In this document: positions 31,481 through 41,078 of the stretch, in pieces
How the letters are laid out: the number at the start of each line of letters is the position of its first letter
Numbering within the stretch: position 1 is the first letter of the stretch
IMG/VR virus record: IMGVR_UViG_3300030099_008032
Coordinates: 4,583 to 68,582 of that record
Origin: a virus
Length of the DNA: 64,000 nucleotides
Strand: one strand, 5' to 3'
Notes under the pieces: generated by a model
Seen by the model: only the letters and a program-made list of their open reading frames with translations
The model's database searches: none
What the model was told of the DNA's origin: nothing
Made by a program: the position numbers and the translations under genes

Positions 31481-34400
31481 ATGAGATTTGCTCATATTGC
31501 GGATACCCATATCCGGAATCTAAAATATCACTTTGAATATAGAGAAATATTCAAGCAATTATATAAATCATTAAAAGAAGAAAAAGTAGATTACATTATT
31601 CATTGCGGAGATATCGCACATACCAAAACACAAATATCGCCAGAGTTTGTGGATATGTGTCGTGAGTTTTTTGAAAACTTAGCAGCTATTGCACCAACAT
31701 ATATTATATTGGGAAACCATGACGGCAATTTAAGAAACGACAGCAGACAAGATGCTCTGTCTCCAATAGTTAAAGCTATTAATAATTCAAACTTATCATT
31801 GATTAAAAATGCAGGAGAAGTTAAGCTTAACAGTGACTTCTGTTTAAATGTGCTATCAGTATTCGATGAGGATAACTGGACCAAGCCAACAGACAAAAGC
31901 CTTGTTAATATTGCGCTTTATCATGGAGCAATAAACAAATCTAAGACGGATAGTAATTGGACTCTGGGCGGAGACCACAGTATAGAAATTTTTGAAGAGT
32001 TTGACTTTGCCTTCCTTGGAGATATTCACAAAACACAAAAATTAGACAAAGATGGTCGAATTTGGTATGCTGGTTCAACTGTTCAGCAAAACTTTGGTGA
32101 ATCTCTAGATAAGGGTTATTTACTTTGGGATATAGAAAGTAAAAACGAGTTCACTAACAAGCTTATTACTTTTAATAATCCAAAGCCTTTTGTAACGCTA
32201 GAACTAACCAAAGCAGGGAATTTACCAAGAAAGAAACCACCGGCAGGTGCCAGACTTCGTATTGTTTCCGACGAGAATGTGACCCTTGACAAAGTAAGAA
32301 AAGCAGTTGATATTGTTAAATACAAATATAAGCCAGAGTCAGTAACTTATCTTAACAGAGCCGCCGGCAAACAGATAACAGTTCAAGCGCCTAAGGGTTT
32401 AAAAAAACAAGACCTTCGTGACCTCAAAACACAAGAGATTCTAATGCAAGAGTATTTAAAAGAATACGATGTCACCGATGAAGTTATGGCCAAGGTCTAT
32501 GATTTGAACAAAAAGTACAATGTTCAAATTGAAGAAGGAGAAGATGTACTTAGAAATGTACACTGGTCCCTGCAAAGCTTAGAGTGGGATAATTTATTTA
32601 ACTACGGAGAGGGAAATAATATTGATTTCACCAAACTAGAGGGGATTGTAGGTATTTTCGGCAAAAACTATTCAGGTAAGTCTTCTATTGTAGATACTTT
32701 GTTGTATTCTCTTTATAATTCAACTAGTAAATCTATTAGAAAAAATTTAAATATTATAAATCAGAACCGTGATAATTGCACAGCCACCGCAACCATAAAG
32801 ATTGATGATAATGAATATGTTGTAGAGAGGGTCTCTAAGAAATATACCAAGCGCCTTAAGGGGGCCGAGACTCTAGAGGCGAGCACTGACCTTGAGTTTT
32901 ACAGAAAAGACCTCACAGGAAATGTAGAGGGCCTCAATGGAACCTCCCGACAAGATACAGACAAGAACGTAAGAAAGTATTTTGGCACATTAAGTGATTT
33001 TCTTATGACTTCTATGGCTAGTCAGCTTGATTCACTATCGTTTATTAACGAGGGCTCCACAAAGCGTAAAGAATTCTTGGCTAAATTTCTTGACCTACAA
33101 ATCTTTGATAAGAAGTTTAAAATGGCAAAAGAAGATTCTGCTATGACTAAGGTAGCCCTAAGAAGACTAGAGGGTACCGACTTTGAGACACAAATATCTG
33201 AACTCAAAAGAGATATCATAAAAAGCGAGCTTAGTATTGAATCTAACAAGGCATCATGTTCAGATATCAGGGCTGTTATATTAGACGCTAACAAAGAATT
33301 GTTGGCAGTAGAAGCAAAGATTGAGTCGGTACCAGCTGAAATTATAGACCCTGTAATGACCTCACGCGCTATCAAAACAAAAGAAAAAACAATTCTTGGT
33401 ATTACTTCTAAAAAAACAAAATCTATAGAAGAGCTTAGGCTTAGTGAAGAGAGGTATGAAAAGATTGCAAGCTTTGTAGGAAAGTTTGATATTGCATCAT
33501 ATACGCAAAAGAAAGAGCTTATTACTCAGAATAAGAAAAAGATAGAAGAACTTATTCATAGTATTAAGCTACAAAGCGAAGAGAGGGATAGAAACCTGAA
33601 AAAACAAAACCTACTGAAAGAGGTACCTTGCGGCTCTCAATTTCCTTCTTGCAGATTTATTAAAGACGCACACCAAGCAGGAGACTTAATTCAGATTTGT
33701 GAGTCTAGAATTGCTACACTATCTAGAGATGTGAACAAAACAGGAGAAGCTTTAAATCAGAATGACCCAGAAACAATTGAAAGCCATATAGAGAAATATA
33801 ATCTACTTCTAGAGAAAAGAAACGTTTTAGCTACAAGTATCGCTAACAACAAGTTGTTTATTGAAAAAGCAGAAAGTTCTTTATTTAAAGAACAAGTTGA
33901 GTTACAGGAGCTTCAAAGCAAGAGCTTTGAGTACGAGCAAAACAAAGATGCAATTGAAAACTTAAAAGACCTAATTAAGTCTCGAGATGAAAAAAAAATA
34001 TTTATTCAAGAGTGTGAATTGAAATTACAAGATTGTGAAAATAAAATTATGACTTTACATAAGAGACACGGTTCGTTAGAGCAAAAATTGAGGCACCTAG
34101 AGCAGGGCTTTGAAGAATATGAAACCCTTAAAGATGATTTTGCGGCTTATCACCTGCTTATGACCTGTTGCCACCCTAATGGTGTTTCATATGAGATTAT
34201 TAAAGAGAGGCTGCCTTTTATTAATCAAGAAATTGCCAAGATACTTACAAATATTGTTGACTTTGAGGTTTTTATTACTAATTCTGATGACAAGCTTGAT
34301 ATTCTTATTAAACACCCTAGACATGATGCAAGACCACTAGAGATGGGTTCCGGCGCAGAAAAGACTATTGCAGCAATGGCAATTAGGCTAGCCTTTCTTA

Positions 34401-34618
34401 CAGTTTCAAGTTTACCAAAGTCCGACCTATTTATATTAGATGAACCCGGCACCGCCCTTGATGAAGAAAATATGGAGGGCTTTGTTAGGATTTTAGATAT
34501 GATAAAGGGATATTTTAAGACAGTTATTCTTATTTCACATCTAGACAATTTAAAAGATTGTGTTGATATGCAAATTAATATCGAGAGAAAAGATGGATTT
34601 GCATACGTTAATGTATAG
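31481..34618 (+). CDS. Mre11/SbcD nuclease - Rad50/SbcC ATPase fusion (gp47-gp46-like)
   Basis: Phosphoesterase motifs 'ADTH', 'CGDIAH', 'LGNHD', 'YHG', 'LGDIHK'. Then Walker A 'GKNYSGKSS', a coiled coil, signature 'MGSGAEK', Walker B 'FILDEPG' and H-loop 'ISH'. Confidence 0.92.
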   Translation: MRFAHIADTHIRNLKYHFEYREIFKQLYKSLKEEKVDYIIHCGDIAHTKTQISPEFVDMCREFFENLAAIAPTYIILGNHDGNLRNDSRQDALSPIVKAINNSNLSLIKNAGEVKLNSDFCLNVLSVFDEDNWTKPTDKSLVNIALYHGAINKSKTDSNWTLGGDHSIEIFEEFDFAFLGDIHKTQKLDKDGRIWYAGSTVQQNFGESLDKGYLLWDIESKNEFTNKLITFNNPKPFVTLELTKAGNLPRKKPPAGARLRIVSDENVTLDKVRKAVDIVKYKYKPESVTYLNRAAGKQITVQAPKGLKKQDLRDLKTQEILMQEYLKEYDVTDEVMAKVYDLNKKYNVQIEEGEDVLRNVHWSLQSLEWDNLFNYGEGNNIDFTKLEGIVGIFGKNYSGKSSIVDTLLYSLYNSTSKSIRKNLNIINQNRDNCTATATIKIDDNEYVVERVSKKYTKRLKGAETLEASTDLEFYRKDLTGNVEGLNGTSRQDTDKNVRKYFGTLSDFLMTSMASQLDSLSFINEGSTKRKEFLAKFLDLQIFDKKFKMAKEDSAMTKVALRRLEGTDFETQISELKRDIIKSELSIESNKASCSDIRAVILDANKELLAVEAKIESVPAEIIDPVMTSRAIKTKEKTILGITSKKTKSIEELRLSEERYEKIASFVGKFDIASYTQKKELITQNKKKIEELIHSIKLQSEERDRNLKKQNLLKEVPCGSQFPSCRFIKDAHQAGDLIQICESRIATLSRDVNKTGEALNQNDPETIESHIEKYNLLLEKRNVLATSIANNKLFIEKAESSLFKEQVELQELQSKSFEYEQNKDAIENLKDLIKSRDEKKIFIQECELKLQDCENKIMTLHKRHGSLEQKLRHLEQGFEEYETLKDDFAAYHLLMTCCHPNGVSYEIIKERLPFINQEIAKILTNIVDFEVFITNSDDKLDILIKHPRHDARPLEMGSGAEKTIAAMAIRLAFLTVSSLPKSDLFILDEPGTALDEENMEGFVRILDMIKGYFKTVILISHLDNLKDCVDMQINIERKDGFAYVNV

Positions 34619-34627
34619 GAGGATAAA

Positions 34628-34834
34628 ATGGTGGCAGAGGTAAAAGCATTCGCGGACAAGTATACAGAAAAATTTATATCTAGAAAATTTCTTGCTTGGA
34701 TTACAGGAACAGGACTTTGCATGTATGGTACAGTAACAAGCAGTGACTGGGTTGCAGTTACATTGGCTTATATTGGCTCGCAAGCACTAGTTGACCTTGC
34801 TGTTAAGTGGAAGCATGGACCAAGTGAACAATGA
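34628..34834 (+). CDS. Putative holin (68 aa, two hydrophobic segments)
   Basis: 'SRKFLAWITGTGLCMYG' and 'WVAVTLAYIGSQALVD'; AGGAGG SD. Confidence 0.6.
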   Translation: MVAEVKAFADKYTEKFISRKFLAWITGTGLCMYGTVTSSDWVAVTLAYIGSQALVDLAVKWKHGPSEQ

Positions 34835-35235
34835 GTTGGATTTTAATTAAAACTTCTTTAAAGAAGTGTTACATTTGGTTAAAAGAATATTGGCAAGTGC
34901 CTTTTATTGTTTTTTGGACGGTTTTAGTTTATGTGGTGACCAGAAGGAATACAGATGCTTTAGTTGAAGTTATTCACTCAAGGAAAGAATCGTATAAAAA
35001 GCAAATAGAAACTTTAAAGAAGAGCCACGCTGATGAGCTATTAAAGAGAGACAAACTTTTAGTGACCTATCAAGATACAATCATTGAGCTTGAAAATAAA
35101 TATTTGCAACAGGAAAAGCAACTTTCTGAAATGCAGAAAGAAGAAGTCAAGCAAATTGTTATAAAATCTAAAGGAAACCCCAATGAAATTAAAAAAAGAA
35201 TACAAAAAGAATTCGGCTTTCAGTTTGTTGAATAA
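34831..35235 (+). CDS. Membrane-anchored coiled-coil protein (i-spanin-like)
   Basis: N-terminal TM 'WQVPFIVFWTVLVYVV' followed by a charged heptad region. Overlaps the holin stop (ATGA). Confidence 0.5.
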   Translation: MSWILIKTSLKKCYIWLKEYWQVPFIVFWTVLVYVVTRRNTDALVEVIHSRKESYKKQIETLKKSHADELLKRDKLLVTYQDTIIELENKYLQQEKQLSEMQKEEVKQIVIKSKGNPNEIKKRIQKEFGFQFVE

Positions 35236-35707
35236 AATTATAGCACTAAGTCTGGCTTTTATGATGGTGTTACCAGCATCTGCTTTAGCTGACCCTGTAA
35301 TTGGAGAAACAGTACTGCCCCCAGCCTCATTTACGCACGTACAAGATTATGATACGCTAGTTAAGATTGGACTCGACGGCGCCGGCGGCGCATGGTGTTA
35401 TGACGACCATGCAAACGCGCTGCTAATAACGGCCGCCGGCCAAGCACAGGCTCGTTGCGAATTAAAACTTAAATATGAAGTGGAAAAAGAAAAAGCAAAA
35501 TGTCAATTTGAAATTGAAAAGTTAAATATAAGGGTGCAGTCTTTAATTAAGCAACACCAAGAAATAAACCTTATAAAAGATAATGAAATAGAACAACTAA
35601 CCGCTGCAGCTATGAAGCGGCCAAGCGACTATTCTGTGTGGTGGGCTACCGGCGGTATTTTGGTTGGCGCCTTGTCAACGTTAGCAATTGTTTTTGCGGT
35701 AAAATGA
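35183..35707 (+). CDS. Secreted/membrane coiled-coil protein (spanin-like partner?); true start possibly TTG at 35228
   Basis: Signal-like 'KIIALSLAFMMVLPASALA', a coiled coil, and a C-terminal hydrophobic helix 'WWATGGILVGALSTLAIVFAVK'. Confidence 0.5.
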   Translation: MKLKKEYKKNSAFSLLNKIIALSLAFMMVLPASALADPVIGETVLPPASFTHVQDYDTLVKIGLDGAGGAWCYDDHANALLITAAGQAQARCELKLKYEVEKEKAKCQFEIEKLNIRVQSLIKQHQEINLIKDNEIEQLTAAAMKRPSDYSVWWATGGILVGALSTLAIVFAVK

Positions 35708-35708
35708 C

Positions 35709-36074
35709 ATGGATTACAACGAAGTAGCTAAAATAGAAAAAGCTATAAAAGACAAGTATGGTAAGCAAGCGATTCAAAACCCAAAAAGCAACTGGGATGA
35801 ACACAAGGAGCAAAAATATCTTAACGATTTAAAGGACTTCTATAATAAAAATAGAAAAAATTCTAAAAAACCTCAAGAAGCAGAAGGTTTTGAAATCATA
35901 GATAAAAAAACAAGTAAAAGAGTAAAAAGAACATGTCCAGTTTGTTCAACCTTTTCCATAAAAATTCAGGATGACCTATACATGAATAAATTTGATTGTT
36001 GTTATAGATGTTATATAGAATATGTCGAAGACCGCGAAGAAAGATGGAAAATGGGGTGGAGACCGAACAACTGA
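35709..36074 (+). CDS. Conserved phage hypothetical protein with a C-terminal Zn finger
   Basis: 'CPVC...CCYRC...EERWKMGWRP'. Confidence 0.65.
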   Translation: MDYNEVAKIEKAIKDKYGKQAIQNPKSNWDEHKEQKYLNDLKDFYNKNRKNSKKPQEAEGFEIIDKKTSKRVKRTCPVCSTFSIKIQDDLYMNKFDCCYRCYIEYVEDREERWKMGWRPNN

Positions 36075-36081
36075 CTATTTA
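36074..36081 (+). promoter_or_regulatory. Putative late promoter motif ACTATTTA
   Basis: Precedes the 36117-terminase-portal block. Confidence 0.55.
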
Positions 36082-36116
36082 TATTATAAGCTATCTGTAT
36101 TGAGGTAAAAAAATTT

Positions 36117-36632
36117 ATGGCTACAACTTTAGAAATTATAAACGGAATATCACAGGTCTTGGCAAATTCATACGATGGGGCTCTGGATGAAGCAGGGGAG
36201 CCTGTTAAGATTGGTCTCAGGAGAGAAGAGGGTAACCCACTCATAGACTCCAGAATCATGGATGGCTTCGGCGCTCACATTTCCGGAAATAGGCTTCACA
36301 TTAAATATCATGTAGAAATCCCTCTAAAAGAGGTGCACTCTAACGGTTTCGAGGGAGAGATGGAGTCAATGGTTGAAAAGGTCAAGTCATTCATCCAGAA
36401 GGAATATAACAAGATTGCAAAAGACTCGCTTTCGCTTTCTGACCCAAGCGAAGTCGATGTTCTTGTGGAATATATATCCCGCATTCGCTGCAGCGTAAAG
36501 GTTCACAAGTGTTATAAGATTGGAGGAGTACCCACCGAGCCGGAAAAGGAGATAGACCCAGCTTACGAAAAAATGGTAGCTCTCAGCGGTTTAGGTGGCG
36601 CTCGACCACGGAATGAAAAAATAAGCAGCTAG
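36117..36632 (+). CDS. Hypothetical protein upstream of the terminase
   Basis: 171-aa ORF with a GAGGT SD, adjacent to terL. Confidence 0.6.
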   Translation: MATTLEIINGISQVLANSYDGALDEAGEPVKIGLRREEGNPLIDSRIMDGFGAHISGNRLHIKYHVEIPLKEVHSNGFEGEMESMVEKVKSFIQKEYNKIAKDSLSLSDPSEVDVLVEYISRIRCSVKVHKCYKIGGVPTEPEKEIDPAYEKMVALSGLGGARPRNEKISS

Positions 36633-36633
36633 C

Positions 36634-38220
36634 ATGTCTTTCTCTCTTTCCAAGAAAGAAGTGATGAGAGAAATAGTCAAGTGCGGCAAAACTCCGGATT
36701 ATTTTATAAATACATACGCTAAAATAACCCATCCGCAAAAGGGCTTGATTCCTTTTCACTTATATGATTTCCAAAAAAAACTATTGGAAGACTTTCAGGA
36801 TTATAGATTCAACGTTATATTGAAAGCCCGGCAGCTTGGAATATCTACAATTTCCGCGGCGTATGTTGCTTGGCTAATGATGTTCCACAGAGAAAAAAAT
36901 GTATTAGTTATAGCGACAAAGTTTAATACGGCAGCAAATTTAGTAAAAAAAGTAAAAGCAATAATAAAGAACCTTCCAGACTGGCTCAGAATATCGAATG
37001 TAGACATAGACAATAGGACAAGCTTCGTATTATCAAACGGCTCTCAGATAAAAGCGTCGTCAACCTCTGGTGACGCTGGCCGCTCCGAGGCTTTGTCTTT
37101 ACTGGTGATAGACGAAGCTGCCCACGTTGAGGGCCTTGAGGAGCTCTGGATGGGCCTTTATCCAACTCTATCAACAGGCGGCCGCTGCATCGCACTCTCA
37201 ACGCCAAACGGCGTCGGAAATTGGTTTCATAAGATATATAGCGAATCTGACTCCGGGGAAAATGATTTTCACCCTACTGTGCTCCCATGGAGTGTGCACC
37301 CAGATAGAGATAAAGCCTGGTTTGAGAAAGAGACTAGAAACATGTCTCGCAGGGAGATTGCTCAAGAGTTAGAGTGCAATTTCAACATGTCCGGTGAGAC
37401 GGTCTTTTCTCCTGAAGACTTAGAAAAATATGGTAACCTTTGTGTCGACCCCGAATATAGGACTGGTTTTGATAGAAATCTTTGGATTTGGGAAAAGAGG
37501 AAAGACGAAAAGAGTTACTTTATATCGGCTGATGTTGCTCGTGGGGATGGCAAGGATTATTCCACAGCGATAGTTTTTTGCACAGAAACTATGACCGCAG
37601 TAGCAGAGTACAAAGGCAAGTGCACTCCAGATATATTCTCTAGGGTCTTATATGACCTAGGAGTTGAATACGGAAACGCGCTTTTAGTGGTTGAAAACAA
37701 CACAGTTGGCTTTGCTGTGTTAGAAAAATTGAGAGAATCAGAGTATCCCAATCTTTACTATTCTATAAAGAGTACACATGAGTTTGTCGAAGAGTACCAA
37801 GCAGAAAACATGAACAACGCTGTTGCGGGCTTCTCAATGACTTCTAAGACACGTCCGCTAATAGTCGCAAAGATGGAAGAATTTATAAGAAATGGCCTAA
37901 TTACATTGTATTCAGCCAGAATGTTGTCGGAAATGAGGACATTTATTTGGAACAATGGGCGCCCAGAGGCTATGAGGTCGTATAACGATGATTTAATAAT
38001 GGCTTGTGCAGTTGGTTGCTGGATTAGAGACACTGCTCTATCGGCTAATAAGAGACAATTAGAGTATAACAAAGCGTTCATTGGTGGTATAATGAGAAGC
38101 ACCAACGAACTCGACACCAGAATAAAAGGAATGATAGGCACAAAGAACATGAAAATGTCAGAAACCCTAAAAAATCATCAAAAAGTAAGCACGCAGTTCC
38201 CATGGTTATTGAAGGGGTAA
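36634..38220 (+). CDS. terL: Terminase large subunit (T4 gp17-like)
   Basis: 'LYDFQ' Q motif, 'KARQLGIST' Walker A, 'LVIDEAAH' Walker B, 'STPNG', and nuclease motifs 'ADVARGDGKDYS' and 'DDLIMA'. Confidence 0.95.
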   Translation: MSFSLSKKEVMREIVKCGKTPDYFINTYAKITHPQKGLIPFHLYDFQKKLLEDFQDYRFNVILKARQLGISTISAAYVAWLMMFHREKNVLVIATKFNTAANLVKKVKAIIKNLPDWLRISNVDIDNRTSFVLSNGSQIKASSTSGDAGRSEALSLLVIDEAAHVEGLEELWMGLYPTLSTGGRCIALSTPNGVGNWFHKIYSESDSGENDFHPTVLPWSVHPDRDKAWFEKETRNMSRREIAQELECNFNMSGETVFSPEDLEKYGNLCVDPEYRTGFDRNLWIWEKRKDEKSYFISADVARGDGKDYSTAIVFCTETMTAVAEYKGKCTPDIFSRVLYDLGVEYGNALLVVENNTVGFAVLEKLRESEYPNLYYSIKSTHEFVEEYQAENMNNAVAGFSMTSKTRPLIVAKMEEFIRNGLITLYSARMLSEMRTFIWNNGRPEAMRSYNDDLIMACAVGCWIRDTALSANKRQLEYNKAFIGGIMRSTNELDTRIKGMIGTKNMKMSETLKNHQKVSTQFPWLLKG

Positions 38221-38223
38221 TAA

Positions 38224-40242
38224 ATGTCAAACAATAAAAATAAAAATAATCCAAGAAACACTCAAAGTGTCCTCTTTAGGCGCCTAACCAGACTCCTGTC
38301 CGGACCATTAGTCAACTACAGGACACAGACAAGTCACAGGCTGAGAAGAATGGATTTGGACAGGTATGCCACAAAGTTCACTTCAGCTTCTGGGGCGGAC
38401 TTCAAGAAAACAGCGTATAACCCATATGACAATCTCCAGGCCCAAGCGATGGCAGCGCAAGCTAGAACGGAAAGGTATGTCGATTTTGACCAAATGGAGT
38501 ACACACCAGAAATAGCCTCTGCTCTAGATATATTTGCAGACGAGATGACAACTTATAGTGCCTTGAATAAAGTTCTAGGTATAAATTGTGATAATGAAGA
38601 GATAAAGCTAATTTTAGAATCGTTATATTATGATATACTAAACATAGAATATAATTTGTTTTCTTGGTGCCGGTCGATGTGTAAATACGGGGACTTTTTC
38701 CTGTACTTGGACATTGATGAAAATTTAGGAATAACCTCAGCAATTGGGCTACCCACCTCAGAATTGGAAAGAATGGAGGGCGAAGATAAGACAAACCCCA
38801 ACTATGTCCAATTTCAGTGGAATTCAGCAGGCTTAACATTAGAGAATTGGCAGATAGCACACTTTAGAGTTCTCGGTAACGATAAATATAACCCTTACGG
38901 AACATCAGTGCTGGAACCAGCCAGAAGAATCTGGCGCCAGCTGACTCTTTTAGAGGATGCAATGATGGCTTACAGGATTGTTCGTTCTCCTGAGCGCCGC
39001 GCTTTCTATATTGATGTTGGTAATATACCTCCACAAGACGTAGAGCAGTATATGCAAAAAGCTATGACACAAATGAAGAGAAATCAAGTGGTCGACCCAG
39101 ATACTGGCAGGGTAGATTTAAGGTATAACCCACTCTCAGTAGAGGAGGACTATTTTATACCCGTTCGTGGAGGTACGAGCGGAACTAAAATAGAGTCTAT
39201 TGCAGGGGGAAAGTACACCGGAGATATAGATGATGTTAAGTATCTTAGAGATAAACTCTTTTCTGCATTAAAAATTCCAGCTTCTTATTTAAGCTCCGAT
39301 GCAGAAAAAGCCCAAGAAGATAAATCAACTTTGGCGCAAAAAGATATTAGATTTGCCAGAACAGTGCAGAGGCTTCAAAGGTCAATAATTTCTGAGTTGG
39401 AAAAGATAGGCGTAATTCACCTTTATACTCTGGGGTATAGAAGTGAAGACTTGGTCAGCTTCAAGGTTAAGTTAAATAATCCATCAAAGATATCAGAGAT
39501 GCAAGAATTGGAACACTGGAAAACCAAGTTTGATATAGCCTCTTCAGCGACAGAAGGGTTCTTCTCGAAACAATGGCTAGCGAAAAGATTGTTTGGTATG
39601 AGTGATGATGAATTCCTGAGAAACAGAAGGGAGATGTTCTATGATAGGCGCTTCGAAGCCGCTTTAGAGACTGCAGCAGAAGCAGAACAGGCTGCAGCGA
39701 CAGCCCCCGGAGGAGAGTTCGCAGCTGATATGGGCGAACCAGGAGGCACAGGCACGGCTGGAATGGAACCAGAACTAGGCGCCCCAACGACCGAGACCCC
39801 AGGGGCCCCACCTGAAGCAGCGCCGGCTGCAGCCCCAGACGCTGGCGGCGCCGCCCCTGATGGTGGCCTTTTGGCAGCTCCTCCAGCAAAGAGAGACGAC
39901 AAAGGACGCCAAGTAAAAAAGGAAAAAGGCAAGGTTAAAACTACGACAGAGAAGTCTCACGGCTGGTACGAGCCTAGGTTAAACTCCCCGGGTGGAGACA
40001 GAAGAGGCACTTCCGGCCCGAGAAAGAAGAATATGAATAGAGCAGCTACACCAGAAACCGGAACATCAAGGAAAGTATACCCAGGATATAGCGAATTAAC
40101 GGGCTTGGCCAAGGGAACTAGTATTTACGAATCAAAGAAAACTAATTACTCTGAAGAGGAAGAAAAAAGACTCTTTGAACAAGAAGAGGAGCTAAAGAAA
40201 CTGTTTGAAAATTTAGACTTTACATCGAGGAAAAATAAATAA
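38224..40242 (+). CDS. gp20: Portal protein (T4 gp20-like) with a long Pro/Ala-rich C-terminal extension
   Basis: 'LLEDAMMAYRIVRSPERRAFYIDVGNIP', 'EDYFIPVRG', 'DDVKYLRDKLFSALKIP'. Confidence 0.95.
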   Translation: MSNNKNKNNPRNTQSVLFRRLTRLLSGPLVNYRTQTSHRLRRMDLDRYATKFTSASGADFKKTAYNPYDNLQAQAMAAQARTERYVDFDQMEYTPEIASALDIFADEMTTYSALNKVLGINCDNEEIKLILESLYYDILNIEYNLFSWCRSMCKYGDFFLYLDIDENLGITSAIGLPTSELERMEGEDKTNPNYVQFQWNSAGLTLENWQIAHFRVLGNDKYNPYGTSVLEPARRIWRQLTLLEDAMMAYRIVRSPERRAFYIDVGNIPPQDVEQYMQKAMTQMKRNQVVDPDTGRVDLRYNPLSVEEDYFIPVRGGTSGTKIESIAGGKYTGDIDDVKYLRDKLFSALKIPASYLSSDAEKAQEDKSTLAQKDIRFARTVQRLQRSIISELEKIGVIHLYTLGYRSEDLVSFKVKLNNPSKISEMQELEHWKTKFDIASSATEGFFSKQWLAKRLFGMSDDEFLRNRREMFYDRRFEAALETAAEAEQAAATAPGGEFAADMGEPGGTGTAGMEPELGAPTTETPGAPPEAAPAAAPDAGGAAPDGGLLAAPPAKRDDKGRQVKKEKGKVKTTTEKSHGWYEPRLNSPGGDRRGTSGPRKKNMNRAATPETGTSRKVYPGYSELTGLAKGTSIYESKKTNYSEEEEKRLFEQEEELKKLFENLDFTSRKNK

Positions 40243-41078
40243 TGAGGCTAAAGCACAATAAAAAAAGAAATACTGCATTTGTTTATGAGGCCCTGGTTAG
40301 AGAGCTAGCCAAATCAATTATCAAAAACAATAAAAACAAACAAAATAAAATTGTTAAGATTATGAAGGAACACTTCTCCCCCAACAAAGAACTTAAAAAA
40401 GAGTTAGGTTTATACAAGACGATATATGAAACAAAAGATTTAGAGAAGAACACCGCGGAAAAGCTCTTGAGAGAGGCAAAAGCAGAATATTCCTCGCTCA
40501 ATAAGTCTACAATTTTTCGAGAGCAGTCTGCCCTCATCAACAAGATAAACAAAACGCTGTCAAAAGACCTTTTTAAAAATTTCGTTCCAAATTACAAAAA
40601 TATTGCAACAGTATATTCTATATTTCAGGAGGCATTGCCGGTAAAAGATAGGGTCCTCCTAGAAGAAAATATAATAGAGCAGATGTCATCATCAGCAGAA
40701 ATTCCAACTGACGACAAAGAACCTATTGATAATATTGTCTACAATACGTTTGTAAACAAGTTTAATGAAGAGTATGCGAGTAGTTTAAACGAAAGTCAAA
40801 AAACGCTATTTAAAAAATATATTTCATCATTTTCGGACAACGGATTGGAGATGAAGTACTATATAAACGAAGAGATAAGTAACCTAAAAACAAAGTTAGA
40901 TTCCTCAAAAAATTTAGACTATATAGTAGAAGATAATGATTTAAAAGTAAAAATAGATGAGGTATACTCCTTGTTGGATTCCTATAAAGATAAAGAGGTG
41001 GATACTGACTTGCTAGAAATCATACTTAAAACTCAACTTTTAGTAGACGAGATTGAAAAAGATGACGATATCAGTTGA
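40242..41078 (+). CDS. Conserved hypothetical head-assembly protein
   Basis: 278-aa helical protein coupled to the portal (TAATG overlap). ACTAATTA motif at 40141. Confidence 0.6.
   Translation: MRLKHNKKRNTAFVYEALVRELAKSIIKNNKNKQNKIVKIMKEHFSPNKELKKELGLYKTIYETKDLEKNTAEKLLREAKAEYSSLNKSTIFREQSALINKINKTLSKDLFKNFVPNYKNIATVYSIFQEALPVKDRVLLEENIIEQMSSSAEIPTDDKEPIDNIVYNTFVNKFNEEYASSLNESQKTLFKKYISSFSDNGLEMKYYINEEISNLKTKLDSSKNLDYIVEDNDLKVKIDEVYSLLDSYKDKEVDTDLLEIILKTQLLVDEIEKDDDIS

Noticed and set aside
36634-40242. Intein or intron in the terminase or portal
   Set aside because: Core lengths are normal, with no LAGLIDADG/HNH or intein splice motifs and no interruptions.
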